Positions 14,057 through 25,866 of a stretch of DNA of 64,000 nt are shown one piece after another. The translations under genes and the position numbers were made by a program. Positions within the stretch are counted from its first letter, which is position 1; every line of letters starts with the position of its first letter. Origin of the DNA: Neophaeotheca triangularis (lineage: Eukaryota); contig BAAIJX010000007.1 in the NCBI GenBank assembly GCA_054600435.1, positions 372,001 through 436,000 on the forward strand. The letters are read 5' to 3'. The notes beneath the pieces are model-generated. The model did not search any database. It saw only the letters and a list, made by a program, of their open reading frames with translations, and was not told the DNA's origin.

Positions 14057-14862
14057 CTATATGATGGAAAGGTTGCCGAATTTCTCCTGCATAGGTGGTC
14101 AGTATGTTGCTGCGGGCAAGGCTGTCGTCAGCATGAGGGATAGAACGTACCGTGTAGCCGGGCACTTGCCAGCGGCCCTTGGAGACGAGCTGCGAAACAC
14201 GCTCGTCGATGTCGGGGCGGGCGGCGACAACGTCGTCCTGGTGTACAAATTAGCACGTGTATACAGCCGGAAAGCATCCTCCTGAGAATGCCGCAAAAGC
14301 ATGCGATTCTGGCTTCTACGCACCACAGTGAGGTCCTCAAATGGCCTAGCGGACTCAATGTTCTTCAGAGTCTTCTCCAAGTCCTTCAATTCGGCATCAA
14401 CCTTGCCCTTGGTCTCCTCGGCGCTCTTGACGGCCTGGGCCTCGAAAGCCTCAATAGCCTTGATCTGCCTGTTGACATCGTACTTCTTGACGCTGAAGCC
14501 GCTGAATTGCTTCTCAATGTCGTCGACAATGGCGGTGTTCTTAAGGACGGAGCGGTAGTGGGAGAAGTCGACGTTTTGGGGCTGCTCGGACAGCATCTGC
14601 ACCCGGCGGCGCGCGTCGTCGTTGCGCTTCTTGAAGGCCTGCAGGGAGGAGGCGGTTGAGCCACGGAGGCCGAGTTTGGTGGGCAGAGCCGCCCAGTCAA
14701 TCTTCGTCGCGGCAGAGCGCTGTAGGCGACTGGTTAGCATTGATAGACTCCCCCACAGTCAGAGAATGCGCGGTGCTCTGGGGATCGGGGTGGCGCATCC
14801 GGAGGTGGGCTTCCAAGGGTATCGGTGTAAAGGCAAGGGTTCGAACGTACTGAGGCCGCCAT
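14057..14862 (-). CDS. ATP7: Mitochondrial ATP synthase subunit d; exons 14862-14851, 14719-14324, 14237-14151, 14086-14057
   Basis: Spliced protein [16 protein letters not shown]...[10 protein letters not shown]...[12 protein letters not shown]...[11 protein letters not shown]...[19 protein letters not shown]; three canonical introns. Confidence 0.95.
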
Positions 14863-14983
14863 TGTGTATGTTTCGAGGTGGAATGTGTGAGCGAAGAGGC
14901 AATTACAGTGCTGGTGAAGGGATGAGGTTGGAGGTCCGCAGCTTTCGCCGGGAAGCGGAGTCGCTGCTTGCCAAGAAATAACA

Positions 14984-14993
14984 GTCACGTGAC
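14984..14993. promoter_or_regulatory. Palindromic E-box GTCACGTGAC upstream of ATP7 (candidate Cbf1-type bHLH site)
   Basis: Perfect 10-bp palindrome about 120 bp upstream of the ATG; an identical copy lies upstream of EGD2. Confidence 0.55.
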
Positions 14994-15301
14994 ATTGTTT
15001 CCAACGAATGAATAGTAGATCCTCGTGCCGGCAGCATCGTTGACTAGCTCATGACAACATCGCGACCTTCGAAAACAAAGACGTTTGAGAAGAGGCTTAT
15101 CACAGAAGCTCACACACGGCAGACGTTGCAGAAGTGATGTGGGAGCAATGTCCAGCTAGTGGAAAATTGCTGTAAACACGCTATACATGTTACAACTGTG
15201 CTTTTGCTTCGCTAGTAGACGCCGACCATACGAAGTGCACAAGATGCAGCTCTTCAAAGGCCACCACGGACGCCAGACTGCCACCGAACCCCAGCTCGAG
15301 C

Positions 15302-16084
<783 letters not shown>

Positions 16085-16257
16085 TCATGTCAGATGTCCA
16101 ATGGGATACTCACATGCTACAGTCGGAGGTGTTTAGAGGAGGTGATGTTTCGGGGGTGCGGCGTTCGTGAAAGATCTCTAAACTTCACCTCTAGTTGGAG
16201 ATGCTTGACCTGCCCGAAGCGCACCTGCCAAAATTATTGGGTCAAAGCTTCCAACAC

Positions 16258-16267
16258 GTCACGTGAC
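16258..16267. promoter_or_regulatory. Palindromic E-box GTCACGTGAC upstream of EGD2
   Basis: Read directly; same 10-mer as upstream of ATP7. Confidence 0.55.
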
Positions 16268-16671
16268 TCCTTCGACAGCAGCATTACAACATTTATTTCA
16301 CTATGCGAATGCAATATGTATGGAACTTGAACAATCAAGCCTTACTGTAAGGCTAAGCACCCATCCGTGAACCATATCAACAAAGTCCGGCGCTTCCATA
16401 AAACCCCCATAGACCCACAAACACTTCAGACCGGGGATTTGAATACATGTTGGCTTGAATCATGTTTGTTTGACTGCAGACTAAATGGAGGATCTTGAGA
16501 TGCAAGCAAGCAGTGCTCGCTGCCAACCCAACTTGACCCAGCCCATCCGGCTCGTGTAAAGGTATCGTCACATCAGCCAGATACACCCGCGCTTGACCCC
16601 TATGAACGCCGATGCATTCTTTCCGAGGATACGCTACTTGTCCGTCGCTTTTGCTCTCCAAGTCCAAGGCT

Positions 16672-17245
16672 CTATGCCTTTGCGGTCTGGCGGGCCGAGG
16701 CAAGAGTCTTGCGCACCTCGAAGCGGGCCTTCGTGTATCAAGTCAGCCTTCTCATCCGAGCATACTCTCTCGTGTTGAATCTCCGTGTAAAACTCACCTG
16801 CTTCCTCAACCTCATAACCTTGAAGCGCTCAAAGTCGTTGAGCTGCCTCCTCCTGATACCCCTCTCACGGCTCTTGGCCCAGGCGCTGTTGTTCCACCTG
16901 CCCTCAACATCGGTCGACTGCCACAGCTTCTTCAAGGTAGCGGTACCGGCGGCGCGAGGGAGCTTCTCAATGACGATGGGAGTGAGGGAGACGTGGGCGA
17001 TCGGAACGGACTGGCGGGTGACAACGTGCTCCTTCTTCGAGTGAGGGGCCTCGACCAAAATCTAGGATTGCGAGGTTAGTATTCGCTCGTGTTTGCTGGC
17101 CTGGATGGTAATTTCGTACGCGCTTGTGGTCGATAATCTCGCAGATGGCGGCCAGCTTGCCCTCGTACTCGCCGTAGTTGAAGAGGACGACGCGGCCGAC
17201 CTCGATGAGGCGCCAGGTGCTGGCGATGACGGTTGCTTCTCCCAT
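16672..17245 (-). CDS. RPL14: 60S ribosomal protein L14 (eL14); exons 17245-17120, 17061-16798, 16728-16672, plus probable 5'-UTR intron 17321-17265
   Basis: [12 protein letters not shown]...[20 protein letters not shown]...[26 protein letters not shown]; canonical introns. Confidence 0.96.
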
Positions 17246-18146
17246 TTTCGGTGGATCGGTACTGCTAGACGTGTTAATCGGGGGTCCTGGATGGTTATGG
17301 AGGGGTCGTAGAAGGGCGTACCGGTTCGCTGTCGTTAGTTAAGAAAGCCGGCTGGTCGTTAAAGTGTTGAAGTTGCTGATTGTAAATCCTACTTTGTGCG
17401 CCAAGCCCGTTAAGCGGCTCTGCGGGACGCGGGCGGGCAGACACTTCGCTTCTCTACTTTAGGTCCAGAGCTCCAGCTCCAAACTTTTCTTCCTCCCTTT
17501 CAACAGCAACTTTACTTTTTTGGACATAACCCAACAGACGCAGCACCGCTCGTGGCAGACATGTCTCTTTTGTAGACAAGCGAGCATTATGTGAGCAGTG
17601 CATCACTCGCCCCTGGCCGACCGCCAGGTGGACCGATTGGTAAGAGAATACCCTCCACCGCGATGATTTCACCCCTTTGGAAAGATGATATAATTTGCGA
17701 TTGATGGTCATGCTGGAGTTACTCGCCGGTTTCTCTTAACAGCGTGGCTTAACATGATAGTCAATTCTTACATATCCTGACCCACATTCGCCGCCTCACC
17801 TGCTATTCCGCTCTTCCGCTCTTTGGGTCGAAACCAGGCATACTGACAAGCTCAGTAGGAGAATGCACCATCTTTAGGACAGGCCATTGCCGATGAAGAC
17901 CACCTAATAATAAATATCGCCAACAGCAGACCTTTGGTACGTCGACACTGGTGCTTACCCCTTTCCCAATGATTAAAAACACACGCACTAGATAGTAATT
18001 GACCTTCGGGCATGATACATCTTTTACACCAAGATCACTGAGGGCTTGATTCACAACACGGCGCTTATGGACATTGTCGATGTCGCAAATCGCTAACGCG
18101 CCCACCGTACAGGTCGTTAATCACGTATGAAACCTAAGTTTCTATC

Positions 18147-19226
18147 ATGCAGCCGTCGACTATGACGCCCATCCGTATCCGCGGCAAGCGTACTGCAGTT
18201 GCTGGAGAAAAGTGGCATGCTGGCAGGAAGAGGATCGACTTGAGAACGCGCGACGACGATCCCGTCCGATCGGTCCCTTCATCTTCACAGAAAGATGGAT
18301 CTGCGCCGCCCCACGCCAAACGTCGTCGAATCCACACGTCCAAAATCGAATCTCTGCCGACAGAAATCGTCCAAGAGATCTTCCAGCTTTCTCGCAACGT
18401 CGACATGCCCTGCGCCTCGCTCGCACTCCGAAACAAACTCTCAAGTGCAGCCATGTACAGGCAGATGGCGATATCTATACTCCGAGCCGTGTGCCGATTG
18501 CCTCTCCAGGGATCAGCATTCAACTCCCAGGACATCAGGGATGCGAACCGTTTATTCGCTTGTCGCTTCATGACACATGCATTCTTCAGGAACATCGCCG
18601 AGTCGCTACTCACTATAGCGCCATCGAGTGACGAGGGTCAAAACTCTCTACTACCAACAGACGAATGGTCCACCGACAAGGTCTGGTTGACATTACATCC
18701 ATACAAGGAGCTATTACCTCCTTTGAAGCTTTTACGAGGACCCTTCCATGGTGACAAGATCGATTACCTCAAGGCTCTCTGGACTCAACCACTGGACCAC
18801 AACTCTTCTCGGTATGCCACCGCATGCGAGGGGCTTTCAGAGGCTGTATCTGAAGGCGCTACTCCAGTAGCAACACACTTCCTGCAACTCGGAGTCCGCC
18901 CCGACCACGATCTGCTACGCACCGCCGTGACGAAACCCCAATGCTCAGCGCAACTTGTCGCACAGATGCTCTACATTGACATGAAAAAGTCTCGCGAAGC
19001 TAACGAACATCCTTCGTTCGACTGCTTGGATCCCATGATCTGGTCATGGGCGGGCGATGCGGAATTAGAAGGGGATGTGAAAGCGACGCAGTGCATGGAA
19101 ATGCTGAGATACACAGCGGACTGCGCGGGGATGCGGTTACCTCTGAGGGCTTTCATGAGGCGGTTCATGCATTTCTTGCAAGAGATTGAATCCTTGACCC
19201 CTACAACAGACGCCGCTTCAGACTGA
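18147..19226 (+). CDS. Hypothetical protein (359 aa) with an F-box-like motif and basic NLS-like N-terminus
   Basis: Long single-exon ORF; IESLPTEIVQEIFQLS resembles an F-box start; HAKRRR basic cluster. Confidence 0.7.
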   Translation: MQPSTMTPIRIRGKRTAVAGEKWHAGRKRIDLRTRDDDPVRSVPSSSQKDGSAPPHAKRRRIHTSKIESLPTEIVQEIFQLSRNVDMPCASLALRNKLSSAAMYRQMAISILRAVCRLPLQGSAFNSQDIRDANRLFACRFMTHAFFRNIAESLLTIAPSSDEGQNSLLPTDEWSTDKVWLTLHPYKELLPPLKLLRGPFHGDKIDYLKALWTQPLDHNSSRYATACEGLSEAVSEGATPVATHFLQLGVRPDHDLLRTAVTKPQCSAQLVAQMLYIDMKKSREANEHPSFDCLDPMIWSWAGDAELEGDVKATQCMEMLRYTADCAGMRLPLRAFMRRFMHFLQEIESLTPTTDAASD

Positions 19227-20118
19227 CCGCTGTTGGAAATAGTCCGTGCTGATTCAAAGGATGCCTCGTAGCTACATAGTATGTACTTGGTATCTCGAAT
19301 GTACTGAAGGAATTGAAACCACCTCTGTAATTTTGCTCTGAGAACGCACCACCTGTGCCAAAATATGTTGTACGCGTAACAGTATCTATCATGTTCCAGA
19401 GCGGTAGAGTCGCAAGAGCATGGGAGGGAGTAGGTCGATCTCCAGGGTCTAACCCCCTCCAGCCGAAATCGCCAACGGCCCCCTCCCCTCACCCCTCATC
19501 AATCAATCAATCAAGCGGCAAACCTGGAAGCCCAGAGTTGGCGGCTTGACGTTGCTCGAGACACATGCAATCTCGCCTACCTAGTCTACAGCCTCGACGG
19601 CCAACATCGACCAATACTACTTGAGCCGCGCACGCCTGTGCTCGACGACTCATGGCCTGAGCAGGACACTCGTAAGCTAGCGCGATCGGTCTACACACTC
19701 CCAGTGTCCCACACACTACCTACTAGTAGGTACTGCTCAGCGCTCCCACCTCATTTGTAGGTCGTAACCGGTTTGCCGCCCATTGTGGTCCATGTTTGTT
19801 CCAGACACTGGTGACTACTGCGGTTTCATCTACCAGTACCTGATTCAATCAAAAATTCTGGCTGCAAGGTAGGTAGCGAGGCACAGTGACTGAGTAGTGC
19901 GGGTGTGGATGAGCTTCCTTCGCTCTGCTACTGCGGCGGTGCGGTGCGCTCGTGATCTTAAGACTACGCCATCACTCACCGTTGACAACCTTGGAAGCAA
20001 TTTGCATGCTTGAATGCTCACCTCTCCTCTCTGGTTTCTTTTTCCTCACTTACTTGCTCTCTATCCCCATTGTTTTCATCTCCCGCAACCTCTATGCAGC
20101 TTATCTCGCTGCCACATC

Positions 20119-23049
20119 ATGCCGTTTCGTACCCCTCGAGCCCGTGAAGAAGGCCGGCCTTCTTCATTTGCCATGCGTTTCGGGATACCTAACTTTTGGG
20201 GGAGGAAGCAGAGCGGTCGGCAGGAAAAGCAAGACTCGATGTTTGAGGAAACAGAGGAGTTCGCGCCGAGGAAGCATAGCATGCAGGAATTCTTCAGGAA
20301 TACCAGCGAGAGCTTGAAGGCGAAAATACCTGGACGGCAGTCAGTACAGCAAGAGAGAGATCGTGACGCCTCTCCTTGCTACACAGGACCACGAGACAGC
20401 GCGCATATGAAGTCGCTGGATATCAACGAGGAAGCTTTGGAGCGTATCTTGGGTCAGCCGAAAGACTCGAAGAGGGCGTCGAGTAGCTTCTGGCTGCAGC
20501 AGAGAATGCGCGCAGACTCTGCGCAGCCCTTCGACTCTAGACTTACGCCGACGCGCAGTCTTCCCAAGGCTGAGCGGGATCGGCTGCCAATTTGTGCGGA
20601 GGAGCTTAGGGAGATGCTTTCCGGAGCTCTGTATTTTTCGGTGAAAAGATCACAGGATATTTACGAGCCGTGCATTTTGTTGGGACATGGCTCCGGAGGC
20701 AAGACACAGGATAAGAGTGATTGCACGGATTTCTCGCACCCGAGTTTTGCGGCATCGACATTGAGGTCCCTCAAATCGAACAAATCGACCGAACTTACTT
20801 CTTCGAAATACGTTGAGGATTGGCATGCTGCTTGTGAAGTCCCCACCATGCTGGGAGCGCAAGGCAATGACCCCGGAACCATCGGTTACGAGCACTACCT
20901 ACAACTACCCGTTGCCGACAGCACTGTGGTGGCAGAGGAGACGAACATTGGAGGACGCAAGCGCCTTCTAACGGAGCCGGGATCTTTGGGATTGCAAGCG
21001 CTCGATATGGTATATCTGGTGCAGCGACTGACCACTCTCGGCCACCTGCTTGCAAGCATAATGGGGAACGTCTCGAGCGATCAGCTCAGCCAGGATAACT
21101 TGCTGGGCAAGGAGCTCTTTTCGAAACTCATAAGTGATGAAGCCGGAGAGAGGAACGCTAGGGAGAGCGAGTGCAGGCTAGCGGCGGAAACAGAGGCGCT
21201 CGAGTACGCTCTCGGCCAAGCTGGGCTTTGGCATGACTTCAGCTTGGTAGAGTGGCGTATACGAGCAGGACAACTCCTTTGGGTCACCCAGGATGATCAT
21301 CAGCAACTGCAAAGTGAGAGTCGCGAGCCTGGCGAGATGGAGGTGCTCATATTGCAGGCGACACTAGCCGCGGAGCTGCTCGTTCGTACAGAAATCCTCA
21401 AGCAGCGCGGCAATACAGAAGTGGATCAGATTAGGGAGCCGAGCGTAGCATGGAGCATGGTACTTGCGAGGGTTGTTCTGGAGAACCTCACATTCTCGTT
21501 GCCTCGCACAGAGACTGAATCTGGAACCTACCGCCAGAGCTTCCTCTCAGCTATGTCTTACTTCACAGCAAGTGCAAACGAAGAGGAACCCTGGTTCGCC
21601 ATACCTTTGACGCACTCAAAGAAGGAAACAGCGCAGCTAGAAGGCTTGCTCCATTTTGCTGAAGAGATTGGATGGCCACACGCACAAGACGTCCGTTTAC
21701 AGCTCGAGCAGAAACAGGAGAATCGTCCGGCAGATACGCCTGCTACGTTCGACGGTGGTCGCAGCCTCACCAGCACGGCGTTTAGCATGTACGCTACCCC
21801 TCTGAGCAGCCCTATGATCTCTCTACCCACAAAGGGCACACCGACAACTCCTGGCTCGAGGCATAGCTATTTTGGCGGCGTGGGCGCGCAGAGGCCGGGT
21901 TTTAGCCGCAAAACCACTGCCCATAGTATGCAGCTCGAGCCAGCAAACCACAACCAGGACAATCAAGATGAGCCACAACAAGCCGGCTTCGAGGTTGGAG
22001 GCTGGCTCAGCCGCTCCTGGCTCATGGGTTTAGTAATGCCAGGGGAAGCGGCATCGCACTTCTTGATTAGCACGCTTCTCGAGAATAGCCCTCAAGCCAT
22101 TGAAGCCTTGGGCGACCAGGCAAACCTCTACGGCGGCTTTCTGTACGCCGGTCGTCAGTTCTGGAGTAAGAGCTGCGTCGTCGGTCGGGTGCTCGCTGCC
22201 ACCGATGGCGCAAAAGAGTGTATGGGCTGGATCTCAGTAAATGATCTGGCAAAAGGCCAGGCTGATGGCTGGATCAACTTGGACGTCAAGGATATTCCGG
22301 AGCCTCCAGCGCCTAAGATCAAATTGAGCGGAGCAGTTGCTAGGGACTCTGATCCACTGCACGGCCACGCAATCGCAGAGCTACAAATGGGAGACTTCAC
22401 AACTCCCGTCGACGGCCCTCCGGTCATGGGCAACGAAGTGCGCTGCGAGGGTATGTCGCTCATTGAAGCATTTCATACCAGCTTAGAGGACGCCTACGAT
22501 CTCTCCATGGCCGAACTGACCTTTTCCTCGCCCCTCAACAAAAAGCTCGCGCCCGTGAAAGTTTCCATAACCTACGACGTCAACTTCGTCTCCTCATACC
22601 CCTGCTACCCATCGGCCTCGACCTCCGAACCCCGAGCACGAAATAAGACACCACCATGCATCGACAATGACAGCAATAGTCTCCTCCAGCCATCGTACTC
22701 TCGGGCAGAAAAGTACCCGTCTCCCGCGCCTGCACACCCTCTCCACGTCGACTACAACTTCACCATCGTCCCTGTCACTGCGTTACTCTCCGCTCCGCCA
22801 GCGGAAGGTCGCGTGAACGCTCTGTCTGCGCCAGGCGAGGCTACATCGGTGGGAGAGCAGGATGGCGAAGTGACTGTGCTGGATTGCCGGGGCACGGGGC
22901 CAGGCGCGAGAGACTTGGAGTTGCTGGCGCGAGCGTGGTGCGCGAAGGTCGGGGAGAGTGCGGTTGTCGGAAAGGAAGGGAGGACGTGTCTGAGCTGTTG
23001 CGTTAGAGAGGCCAGGGCTGTGGGTGTTAGTGTCGTGATCCGGATATAG
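20119..23049 (+). CDS. Large fungal hypothetical protein (about 976 aa) with C-terminal Cys motif
   Basis: Uninterrupted 2.9-kb ORF from ATG 20119; conserved-looking blocks GGWLSRSWLMGLVMPGEAASHFLISTLLEN and LARAWCA...RTCLSCCVREA. Function not recognised. Confidence 0.8.
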   Translation: MPFRTPRAREEGRPSSFAMRFGIPNFWGRKQSGRQEKQDSMFEETEEFAPRKHSMQEFFRNTSESLKAKIPGRQSVQQERDRDASPCYTGPRDSAHMKSLDINEEALERILGQPKDSKRASSSFWLQQRMRADSAQPFDSRLTPTRSLPKAERDRLPICAEELREMLSGALYFSVKRSQDIYEPCILLGHGSGGKTQDKSDCTDFSHPSFAASTLRSLKSNKSTELTSSKYVEDWHAACEVPTMLGAQGNDPGTIGYEHYLQLPVADSTVVAEETNIGGRKRLLTEPGSLGLQALDMVYLVQRLTTLGHLLASIMGNVSSDQLSQDNLLGKELFSKLISDEAGERNARESECRLAAETEALEYALGQAGLWHDFSLVEWRIRAGQLLWVTQDDHQQLQSESREPGEMEVLILQATLAAELLVRTEILKQRGNTEVDQIREPSVAWSMVLARVVLENLTFSLPRTETESGTYRQSFLSAMSYFTASANEEEPWFAIPLTHSKKETAQLEGLLHFAEEIGWPHAQDVRLQLEQKQENRPADTPATFDGGRSLTSTAFSMYATPLSSPMISLPTKGTPTTPGSRHSYFGGVGAQRPGFSRKTTAHSMQLEPANHNQDNQDEPQQAGFEVGGWLSRSWLMGLVMPGEAASHFLISTLLENSPQAIEALGDQANLYGGFLYAGRQFWSKSCVVGRVLAATDGAKECMGWISVNDLAKGQADGWINLDVKDIPEPPAPKIKLSGAVARDSDPLHGHAIAELQMGDFTTPVDGPPVMGNEVRCEGMSLIEAFHTSLEDAYDLSMAELTFSSPLNKKLAPVKVSITYDVNFVSSYPCYPSASTSEPRARNKTPPCIDNDSNSLLQPSYSRAEKYPSPAPAHPLHVDYNFTIVPVTALLSAPPAEGRVNALSAPGEATSVGEQDGEVTVLDCRGTGPGARDLELLARAWCAKVGESAVVGKEGRTCLSCCVREARAVGVSVVIRI

Positions 23050-23536
23050 GGAGGGTTGGCAGTGGTGAGGCGCTAGGGGTTGTGTTGGTGTGTGTTTGGG
23101 CCGTTTTTCGGTTGGCTTGCGATAGATACCCCCTTCTGTTCTGCTTTTGGGGGCATTGCCCTCAGTGTCTATTTGTTTCAAAGCGCCTACTTAAATTAGT
23201 TGAACCTCTTCCGGATCTTAGGTCCTTTAGTTGCGCATCGTTCACACTTGCTAGGATAATTCCTCGAAAGCAGTTTTTTCAATAGCCCATGATACGCGTA
23301 GCTTCCAACCCCCTGCGATACTTGCTTGACATATCCAGGACGGACACCCTGACACGCCCGGCAGGACAATTCAACTCTGACCTGAGACCAAAGAGTTTGG
23401 TTGCTTCCACACAATAGCAGGGTATCATAGTTGCTCGTTGCCTTCGAAATACTTGTACATATGTACACCACTCTGCTCGTGCAATGGTGCGCTTTTGAGG
23501 CATACACCCATTCACCCGCTCTCCTTTGAATATACG

Positions 23537-24022
23537 CTACTGCCCATCCTGCACCAACTTCGTCACAGTCGCTTCTATGCCCTTGTCGTCCAAACCTGTA
23601 GGAACATCAGAAGTCAGCTGGCCATTCTACCTCCGCGCCTGTCACCACGCGAAATCCTCCATCCTCTAGTGGCGCGTCACTCGCTTACCTGCCAGCTCCG
23701 CGACCTTCTCCCTTCCAAACTCATACCGTGCGAAGACTCGTGGCGAAACGTTCAGGGCTTCTCTTATCATGATCGGCGTGTGAGGGTTGTGGTGCTTCAT
23801 CGTGGGGTAGGCGCGGGTGAGGAAGGATCTTGAAGGCCAGTCAGCATGCCACCCTTGGTCCGCCTTTTATGTCCTCTGTATTCCTCCTTGTGTGTCTTGT
23901 TCAAAGTCGTCCCTAAGCCCCCTGGTTGGCACGTACCGGACATTTGCGCTGGCGTCGCTGGTTTGGCAGTGGTGGAAGCGCACTTCCTTGAGGGCTTTGG
24001 TGAAGGCGTATTTACTGGACAT
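23537..24022 (-). CDS. NADH:ubiquinone oxidoreductase B8 / 10.5-kDa subunit (NDUFA2-like, L51/S25/CI-B8 domain); exons 24022-23937, 23828-23689, 23595-23537
   Basis: Not in the ORF track. Spliced protein MSSKYAFTKALKEVRFHHCQTSDASANVRSFLTRAYPTMKHHNPHTPIMIREALNVSPRVFARYEFGREKVAELAGLDDKGIEATVTKLVQDGQ*. Confidence 0.93.
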
Positions 24023-24323
24023 GATTGACTCCCGAAACTCCTAGTAAAAGTGGTATGGACAGTAGGCGATTGCAGTGGACTCTGTAGATCTCTATACAAT
24101 TGTATGGCTTGGAGTAGCATCTACAGTACGTCCCGTCTGAAGCTCATCGCCATCGGCCTTGGCGTTTTTAAACTCCGCTGTAGCCGTGCATACTTCACCC
24201 CTCACGTTTCGCATTGGCACTGCAGAGCTATCTAGTATCTACCCTCGAAGTCTGGATAAGGGAAACAACAAACAATCACCCATACCGACCGGACAAGACC
24301 AATTCACATACCGATCAATCACA

Positions 24324-24970
24324 ATGGCCTCCCGTCTCGGTTTCCGCGCCGCGCAACAATCCTTCAGACAGAGCACCCAGCAGTTCCGCCTCGGCGCCCA
24401 ACGACGATGGCAAAGCCAGCAAGCAACCGGCACCGTCGAGAACGCCGCCGGCACTGGTGTCCCCCCGGAGGCCGGTAAGCCCCAGAGCGCCGTCATGGCC
24501 TACCTCACCGGACCTGTGGGACCCAAGACTGTCCACTTTTGGGCCCCCGTCATGAAGGTAAGCAAGCAAGCGGAAGCTATTCTCCGAACTCCCCAAACAG
24601 TAAAGAAAACACACCAGCTAATACGACCACTTCTCTCCAGTGGGGTCTCGTCATCGCCGGCGCCGCCGACTTTGCGCGCCCAGCCAGCCAACTCTCCATA
24701 ACCCAAAACATGGCCTTGATGGCTACGGGCTGCATCTGGACTCGCTGGTGCTTCGTCATCAAGCCGCGCAACCTGTTCCTCGCCAGTGTCAACTTCTTGC
24801 TCTTCTGCGTCGGCACCACGCAGGTCACGCGCGTGCTCATGTGGAGGAAGAGCCAGGACAACGAGAGCTTGGGAGAGGAGATTGCCGATGTGGCCAAGGA
24901 GCAGGGCAAGGTGTTGGAGAATGTTGTTGAGCACCCCGAGAAGGCTCTCAACAAGGTTCAGAAGCCGTGA
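24324..24970 (+). CDS. MPC2: Mitochondrial pyruvate carrier, MPC2/3 type; exons 24324-24557 and 24641-24970
   Basis: GPKTVHFWAPVMK|WGLVIAGAADFARP...QNMALMATGCIWTRWCFVIKPRN; Arg-rich presequence-like N-terminus. Confidence 0.93.
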
Positions 24971-25866
24971 GGTCGGGTTGTTGGAAATGTAGATGAGGTA
25001 CTGTTTTCTGGGGGTTGCGGTGCTTGCGGAAGGTTCTGTCTTTTTGGCATGACGGTTTCGCTACGATTGTGCTATATGCGGGTTCCTCTATCTAAGGTAT
25101 AAGGCTAGCGAGCGATGAAGAGCTCGCAAATATGATCATTACCCTGTAACGGCTAGAAATAGCGGGTCTTGTCGCTTGTATCATTTTGGCCGTGTACAGC
25201 AAACGAATGGCCGTTAAGTACCCTACTCGTTTGCGTTGACATCCCGTATACCTGGTTCGCCACCATTCGAGTCCACACTTGACGCTTTCACTTTCTTGCA
25301 TGGCACTGCACAGGAATCCATCTCGGGAGCACCACTTGCACGACATACAAGCAGCGAGGTCAAGACCGCGAGGGTAAGGTCTAGAGTCGTAGAAGGGTTC
25401 CAGATTTGACGATCGGGCGATTCAAACGACAGGTAGAGCAGAGCTTGCTACTCGTGACAACTAGTCGACGTTTCAACGAGCGTATATTCAATGGGCCACC
25501 GGGGCTGTGAGAGGATAGGTAAATGTAAACTCCCGATCCTGTCACGATCAAATGACAGACTTGCTCCTTAGCTTTGTCCTACGGCTGGACCATCTCGTCA
25601 GTGCAGCGGAACATAAGAGGTTCTGCAACACCATTGGGTTCGGTCCATCGTCTAACGGACCCCCGACCATTGAATCGATCACAGTCTAGTTATTGCATAT
25701 ATGATTTAACCAAACTCTCACCCTCGAAGCTGTTGTCAGGTTACGGTACACATCCGAGGAGTCCGCGCGTCGCGTCTGACCACAACCCCAGAACAGCGGC
25801 CGCCAAACCACGAGCCTTGGGTTAGTCGACATCTTCTGCACTATTAACTCAAGACAAAGTCAAACA

